DNA of 64,000 nucleotides from Holosporales bacterium (GTDB lineage Bacteria; Pseudomonadota; Alphaproteobacteria; Paracaedibacterales; CANFPP01): NCBI GenBank assembly GCA_947449005.1, contig CANFPP010000007.1, positions 3,195 to 67,194 of the forward strand, read 5' to 3'. Shown piece by piece: positions 58,867 to 64,000 of this stretch (position 1 is its first letter; each line of letters starts with the position of its first letter). The notes under the pieces were generated by a model. It saw only the letters and a program-made list of their open reading frames with translations, ran no database searches and was not told where the DNA came from. The position numbers and the translations under genes were made by a program.

Positions 58867-58969
58867 CACTCCTTCCGCCCAAGAGGGTTGATAATATTGA
58901 CTCATCAATAGTATAAAGATCAGATAAGTATACTTCTCTTAAAATCAACGAGTTCCAAAGGAAATAGAA

Positions 58970-60322
58970 ATGCGCGTTGCGATTATTGGCTCAGGGTATG
59001 TTGGACTTGTTACAGGATCTTGTTTTTGTGAGTTTGGCTTTAATGTTACCAGCATAGACAATGATATTAATAAAATTGAGAGACTAAAAAAAGGTGAGAT
59101 TCCAATCTACGAACCTGGATTAGAAGCTCTTGTGCAACAGGGTCTAAACTCTGGCAGACTTTCATTCACAACTGAAATTTCAGAGGCAGTTTCTAATGCT
59201 GATATTGTTATGATTGCCGTTGGAACACCTTCTCGTCGTGGGGACGGCCATGCTGATTTAACCTATGTTTTTGAAGCAGCAAAACAAGTTGCCCAGCATT
59301 TAAAGGATTATACGGTTGTCGTTACGAAATCGACGGTTCCCGTTGGAACCTCTCGTAAAGTCGCTCAAATCATTCAAGAAACAAGGCTTGATTTAACAAT
59401 CGGCAAAGATTTTGACGTTGCCTCTAATCCTGAATTTCTACGTGAAGGTTCTGCTATTACTGATTTTATGAGGCCGGATCGCGTTGTTATCGGTGCGGAA
59501 AGTGAGAATGCTCGTAAAATCTTGCAAGAGCTTTATCGACCTCTTTATTTACGAGAAACCCCAATCGTTTTTACAAACATAGAAACAGCTGAATTAATTA
59601 AATATGCCTCAAACGGCTTTCTCGCTATGAAAATTGCGTTCATCAATCAAATTGCTGATATTTGCGAACAAGCGGGAGCAGACGTTCAGGATGTTGCAAA
59701 GGCAGTTGGACTGGATGGAAGAATTGGCCGTAAATTTTTACACGCAGGACCCGGCTATGGTGGCTCGTGTTTTCCAAAAGATACCTTAGCTCTAGCTCAA
59801 ACAGCGCGGCAACTAGGTACTCCTATGTCTCTCATCGAAGCAGTGGTTGAAGCAAACGATCAACGAAAATTAAGCATGGCGGAAAGAATCATCAAGGCTG
59901 TCAAAGGTAAAAAGATTGCAATTTTAGGCATCACCTTTAAACCAAACACAGATGACCTGAGAGATGCTCCTAGCCTTGTCATCATCCCAGAGCTCCAAAA
60001 AGCTGGATTTTCTATAAATGTTTATGACCCTCTATATAATGCGAATCAAGGTCAAGCAGAGGCAAAACCGTATTTCTCTAACATTGAGTGGTCAGAAAAC
60101 CCCTATCATGCTGCAGAGAATGCTGATGCTGTTATTATATTAACCGAATGGAATGAGTTTCGGGCTTTAGATCTCAAACGACTCAATCAACAAATGAATA
60201 AAACTAAAGAGAACCTGCCACATTTGATTGATTTCCGTAATATTTACAATGAAGCAGATGTGACCCCTCATGGCTTTCAATACAGTTCGATTGGTCGTCC
60301 TTCTCTGAAGTCTGTGGCATGA
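58970..60322 (+). CDS. ugd: UDP-glucose 6-dehydrogenase
   Basis: 450 aa. Motifs: IIGSGYVGLV, GPGYGGSCFPKD (catalytic Cys), FKPNTDDLRDAPS. Confidence 0.95.
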   Translation: MRVAIIGSGYVGLVTGSCFCEFGFNVTSIDNDINKIERLKKGEIPIYEPGLEALVQQGLNSGRLSFTTEISEAVSNADIVMIAVGTPSRRGDGHADLTYVFEAAKQVAQHLKDYTVVVTKSTVPVGTSRKVAQIIQETRLDLTIGKDFDVASNPEFLREGSAITDFMRPDRVVIGAESENARKILQELYRPLYLRETPIVFTNIETAELIKYASNGFLAMKIAFINQIADICEQAGADVQDVAKAVGLDGRIGRKFLHAGPGYGGSCFPKDTLALAQTARQLGTPMSLIEAVVEANDQRKLSMAERIIKAVKGKKIAILGITFKPNTDDLRDAPSLVIIPELQKAGFSINVYDPLYNANQGQAEAKPYFSNIEWSENPYHAAENADAVIILTEWNEFRALDLKRLNQQMNKTKENLPHLIDFRNIYNEADVTPHGFQYSSIGRPSLKSVA

Positions 60323-61692
60323 TCCACCACCAATTTAATCCATCTATTTTAAGAGAATATGATATCAGAGGAACTTTTAACGATAATCTAACCGTCAAAG
60401 ATGCCTATGCACTGGGCCAGCGCTTTGGTTTTTTTGTTAAATCAGAAAATGGACAATCAATCTGCGTTGGCAGAGATGGCAGATTAAGCTCACCAGAATT
60501 AACGTCAGCCCTTATCGAAGGCATTCGTTCGCAAGGCATGGATGTTTTGGATATTGGAATTGGCCCAACTCCTATGCTGTATTATTCGATCAAGTATTTT
60601 GCGGCAGATGCAGGAATCATGGTTACTGGCTCTCATAATCCAGCTCAAGATAATGGCTTTAAAATGGCCTTAAAAGATCGCCCATTCTTTGGGAAAGACA
60701 TTCAAAAACTTGACAAGACAATCCCAGCATACACCTCAGTCATTGGAGCTCTATCCACTCGCACAGAAGTGAAAGAGAAATATTGCGAGCGTCTCTTGCA
60801 AGATTATCAAAAAAGCGAACGTCGCCTTAAAATTGTTTGGGATCCTGGAAATGGCGCCTCAAGTGAAATTGTTGAAATGCTGACTGCATCTGATCTTTTT
60901 TGTGCTGACCACATTCTCTTAAACACAACAATTGATGGCACATTTCCCGCTCATCACCCAGACCCAACAGAGCCAGAAAATCTTAAGCAAATCATTCAAA
61001 CTGTGACTGAGAAAAAAGCTGATCTAGGCATCGCCTTTGATGGTGATGGTGATCGCATTGGTGTTGTCGATTCAAAGGGCAGAATTCTTTGGGGCGATCA
61101 GCTCATGATTCTTTTTGCTAAAGAAGTTCTAAAAGATAACCCCAATGCCACCATCATTGCAGATGTTAAAGCAAGTCAAGTTCTCTTTGAACAAATAAAG
61201 CTTATGGGTGGAGTTGGCTTAATGGCAAGAACTGGCCATTCTCTTATAAAAAGCAAAATGAAAGAAACAGGGGCTCTTCTTGCTGGCGAAATGAGTGGCC
61301 ACATCTTTTTTGCTGATCGCTATTATGGATATGATGACGCCCTTTATGCCGCAATCCGTTTAATCAACATTCTTCAACAATCACCTTTGTCCTTAGCTGA
61401 TATTTTTGACCAGATGCCAAAGTTAATTAACACTCCTGAAATTCGAATTCCTTGTGCTGATTCTCTAAAATTCTCAGTTATAGATAATATCCATGCCCAA
61501 CTTAAAACCAAAAATGCTACGTTTAGCGATGTTGATGGAGTGAGAGTTACAACAGATGACGGCTGGTGGTTGCTTCGTGCTTCAAATACTCAAAGTATTC
61601 TTGTTGCCAGATGTGAATCAAAAACAGAAGCAGGCCTTCAACGACTAAAAGAGCAATTACAAGAATATTTAGAAATCCCAATTCTGAATTGA
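60319..61692 (+). CDS. Phosphomannomutase/phosphoglucomutase
   Basis: 457 aa. Motifs: MVTGSHNPAQDNGFK (phospho-Ser loop), GIAFDGDGDR, GEMSGH. Confidence 0.93.
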   Translation: MIHHQFNPSILREYDIRGTFNDNLTVKDAYALGQRFGFFVKSENGQSICVGRDGRLSSPELTSALIEGIRSQGMDVLDIGIGPTPMLYYSIKYFAADAGIMVTGSHNPAQDNGFKMALKDRPFFGKDIQKLDKTIPAYTSVIGALSTRTEVKEKYCERLLQDYQKSERRLKIVWDPGNGASSEIVEMLTASDLFCADHILLNTTIDGTFPAHHPDPTEPENLKQIIQTVTEKKADLGIAFDGDGDRIGVVDSKGRILWGDQLMILFAKEVLKDNPNATIIADVKASQVLFEQIKLMGGVGLMARTGHSLIKSKMKETGALLAGEMSGHIFFADRYYGYDDALYAAIRLINILQQSPLSLADIFDQMPKLINTPEIRIPCADSLKFSVIDNIHAQLKTKNATFSDVDGVRVTTDDGWWLLRASNTQSILVARCESKTEAGLQRLKEQLQEYLEIPILN

Positions 61693-61742
61693 AACATTAA
61701 AAAATCATAAAGAAATTGAATCAATTATGCTTCATAAGATCA

Positions 61743-61852
61743 CCGGATCAAGTCCAGTGACGACAGCGAAGGGTACGGGATTAAAATTGTATAAACAAGG
61801 TTCAGCTTTTTGAGCTGTCAGCCTTATCTCCCCACTGTCATCCCCGGGGATC
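61743..61852. repeat. Possible degenerate member of the MITE-like family, between convergent genes
   Basis: The right end tctccccactgtcatccccggggat resembles tctccacctcgtcattcccgc...gggaat of the 592-722 element and contains the 12-bp palindrome ATCCCCGGGGAT (61840-61851). The left end, ccggatc...gacgacagcgaaggg, is only loosely related. Confidence 0.35.
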
Positions 61853-61876
61853 TCATGCAGATTCTCTGAATAGCTA

Positions 61877-63052
61877 CTAAGATTTCTTTGGAGAGATAAC
61901 ACGTGGCACAATCCAATTTGTTGGCATGCCTTTATTTTTTACACTGCACTCTTTAACCGTTTCTTTCTTCACTGACATTGAAACCGGCTGCTGTTTCTTA
62001 ATCATAGAAACAGAAGGCCCCTTAAGACTAATTTGAAAGACTTCACTAAGCTTATCTTTTGGCACATAAGATTTCTTGTTTTCATTACGATAGTTAACCT
62101 CTATCAGCTCTCCGCCTTTTTGTGATTTTTCAATAATCGGACGACCAAATTTAGGTTTAGCTTTTTTCAGATCAGGAATTGCAAAAGGGCTTTTTGGATG
62201 TCTATCACGGCTACTAACAGCCCCGATTTTACGAAAATTGTCTTCCAGCAATCCTGCAATTTTTTTGTCTCGCCAAGCAGGTGTCATGCCGCCCATCACA
62301 ACAGCAATCAGTCTGTGTGAATTGTTATTACGATCCATTCGAACAGCAGAGGCACTTAAATTAAAACCAGCCGCGTTCGTAAATCCTGTTTTAACGCCGT
62401 CAAGACCCTCAACTTTTCCTAATAACTTGTTGTGATTCTTATGAACAACACCCTGATAGTTAAAAGTTTTTGCCTTAAAATAACGGTAATACTCTGGGAA
62501 ATCATTAAATAAAGCTTTAGCAAGAGTCGCCATATCCTTGGCTGTACTTACTTGTCCAGGATTAGGAACCCCAGATGCATTTTTAAAAGTCGTATCATAC
62601 ATTTTTAGTGCACGTGCCTTTTTAGTCATCGCATCACAAAATGCACTTTCGCTCCCGCTCAACCCTTCAGCAACAGCAACAGAAGCATCATTTGCAGATT
62701 TGGTTATTAAACTCATAATGATATGTTCTACTGAAATTCTCTCGCCTACTCGCAATCCTAATTTGCAAGGAATTTGCCGTGTAGCTCTTGTTGAGACTGG
62801 GAATGTTGTTCTCATCGTAATGCGGCCTGATTTCAAAGCCTCAAAGATCATGTACAAAGTCATTTTTTTTGTTAAAGATGCAGGATGGCGCCGCATGTCA
62901 GAATTATGTTCATGTAAAACTTTTCCTGTTTTTGCATCAATAACAATTGCCGCATAACGTTCAGGGTTAGCTGCTGCTTTTTTAATAAACACAGCATCAA
63001 CACAAACAATACACAGAATAAAAGGTAAAACTAACCTGTTAAACAAAAACAT
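61877..63052 (-). CDS. D-alanyl-D-alanine carboxypeptidase (PBP5/6-type, peptidase S11)
   Basis: 391 aa with a signal peptide. Motifs: PASLTKKMT (SxxK), SANDA (SxN), KTGFT (KTG). Confidence 0.92.
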   Translation of the reverse strand: MFLFNRLVLPFILCIVCVDAVFIKKAAANPERYAAIVIDAKTGKVLHEHNSDMRRHPASLTKKMTLYMIFEALKSGRITMRTTFPVSTRATRQIPCKLGLRVGERISVEHIIMSLITKSANDASVAVAEGLSGSESAFCDAMTKKARALKMYDTTFKNASGVPNPGQVSTAKDMATLAKALFNDFPEYYRYFKAKTFNYQGVVHKNHNKLLGKVEGLDGVKTGFTNAAGFNLSASAVRMDRNNNSHRLIAVVMGGMTPAWRDKKIAGLLEDNFRKIGAVSSRDRHPKSPFAIPDLKKAKPKFGRPIIEKSQKGGELIEVNYRNENKKSYVPKDKLSEVFQISLKGPSVSMIKKQQPVSMSVKKETVKECSVKNKGMPTNWIVPRVISPKKS

Positions 63053-63123
63053 AACTTTCCATTAATTACTTACTATCTCTATTAAAGGATTTTATGCAGG
63101 ATTTGTCCAGTCTTATTTGCCTC

Positions 63124-63867
63124 CTAATTGTATTCTACTGATGATAAATATAGACCGTGTGCTGGTGCTGTTTGTCCTGCACATGTTCGATCAGCTGATT
63201 GTAAAATATCAAACACATCACTCTTCGTTAGTTTGCCATCTCCAACTTTTTGCAAGGTTCCCATCATGATTCGAACTTGATTATGCAGAAATGAACGAGA
63301 ACGGATTGTCGTGACGATTAATTCATCTTTTTGAACAACCTCAAATAATTCCAATGTTCTAATCGAAGAGAGAGCTTGGCAAGCACTAGATCGAAAAGAA
63401 TTAAAATCATGGCGCCCGACAAGAACCTGAGCTGCTTCATTCATAGATTGCACGCATAATGGCCTCACAACGTGCCATGCTCTTAAGTTTTCTATCATCA
63501 AAGGAGGACGACGATTTATAATCCGATATTGATAAGTTCTCATCCGTGCCGAAAATCGACTGTGGAAGTCTGCGTCAACTTTTTCAACCGATAAAATTGA
63601 AACACCATGCCTAAATAGATAAAAATTCAAAGCATCCTGAATACGATATGGCTCGTATGATTGATTAAGGTCGAAATGAGCAATCTGCCCTGACGCGTGG
63701 ACGCCAGCGTCTGTACGCCCCGCTCCTTCAACTAAAACAGTGTAACCACAGAATGATTTAAGTGCTGTCTCAATTTGCCCTTGAACCGTAATAACTCCAC
63801 CGTCCTGACGTTGCCACCCCGAAAAACGAGAACCATCATATTCAATCTTTACTTTAAAACGATACAT
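63124..63867 (-). CDS. truA: tRNA pseudouridine(38-40) synthase
   Basis: 247 aa. Motifs: YDGSRFSGWQRQ and GAGRTDAGVHA (catalytic Asp). Confidence 0.95.
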   Translation of the reverse strand: MYRFKVKIEYDGSRFSGWQRQDGGVITVQGQIETALKSFCGYTVLVEGAGRTDAGVHASGQIAHFDLNQSYEPYRIQDALNFYLFRHGVSILSVEKVDADFHSRFSARMRTYQYRIINRRPPLMIENLRAWHVVRPLCVQSMNEAAQVLVGRHDFNSFRSSACQALSSIRTLELFEVVQKDELIVTTIRSRSFLHNQVRIMMGTLQKVGDGKLTKSDVFDILQSADRTCAGQTAPAHGLYLSSVEYN

Positions 63868-64000
63868 AACCTTGAAACCAATTTTTTATAACCACTCAGC
63901 ATTTTTTTAAGATCCTGCATCAGTAGCTCGTTAACCAAGCTAAAGCTTGGAACTCGTCTACTGTCCAGGATGACAACTGTGGAAGCAAAATTTAAGCTCT
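63849..64000 (-). CDS. 3' end of an ORF entering from the right edge (product unassigned; possibly fmt by synteny only)
   Basis: My own translation gives ...SLNFASTVVILDSRRVPSFSLVNELLMQDLKKMLSGYKKLVSRLCIVLK*. The stop at 63849-63851 puts a 19-nt overlap with the truA start. Too short to identify. Confidence 0.3.
   Translation of the reverse strand, partial: SLNFASTVVILDSRRVPSFSLVNELLMQDLKKMLSGYKKLVSRLCIVLK

Noticed and set aside
1-64000. I looked for CRISPR arrays, tRNA/rRNA/tmRNA genes, integrases, phage structural genes and classical IS transposases.
   Set aside because: I saw none of the following:
- regularly spaced direct repeats
- cloverleaf-compatible intergenic sequence
- ORFs with integrase/DDE motifs (the only mobility-related gene is the Rpn-type nuclease)
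This was a manual scan, so small RNAs could have been missed.

Overview
This is an AT-rich, gene-dense bacterial window with no rRNA, tRNA or CRISPR that I could recognise. Most of it is housekeeping: tkt-gap, a fab cluster (fabD, fabG, acpP, fabF), dapF, an aspartate aminotransferase, kdpFABC, an mdtABC-like RND pump, thrS, trxB, tilS, ftsH, glmM, mipZ, galU, ugd, a PMM/PGM, a PBP5-type carboxypeptidase and truA. MipZ and the gene order suggest an alphaproteobacterium. The eukaryote-like proteins, toxin-antitoxin pairs, an Rpn nuclease and small palindromic repeats suggest a host-associated or intracellular lifestyle, but that is inference only. The standout locus is 22.4-30.6 kb. It holds two tandem giant paralogues (1339 aa, and 1181+147 aa) whose domains, read by eye, run: N-terminal signal/anchor, FAD-oxidoreductase-like Rossmann domain, ribonuclease-inhibitor-type LRRs, a long coiled coil, and a C-terminal TIR/SEFIR-like domain. 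I do not know this combination as a described family. One copy is broken exactly at a G8 homopolymer in front of the TIR-like domain. Both copies keep a near-identical upstream palindromic module. Other accessory content:
- an orphan LuxR-type regulator with paired palindromes
- a 46-bp exact repeat carrying a promoter-like core
- a family of MITE-like hairpin elements
- three small signal-peptide proteins behind perfect TTGACA boxes
- MNT-HEPN and HicAB modules
- an APH-type kinase
- tandem DAACS transporters
- an unannotated kdpF
- a CorA-like protein lacking the GMN motif
All domain calls come from manual motif reading; no searches or statistics were run.
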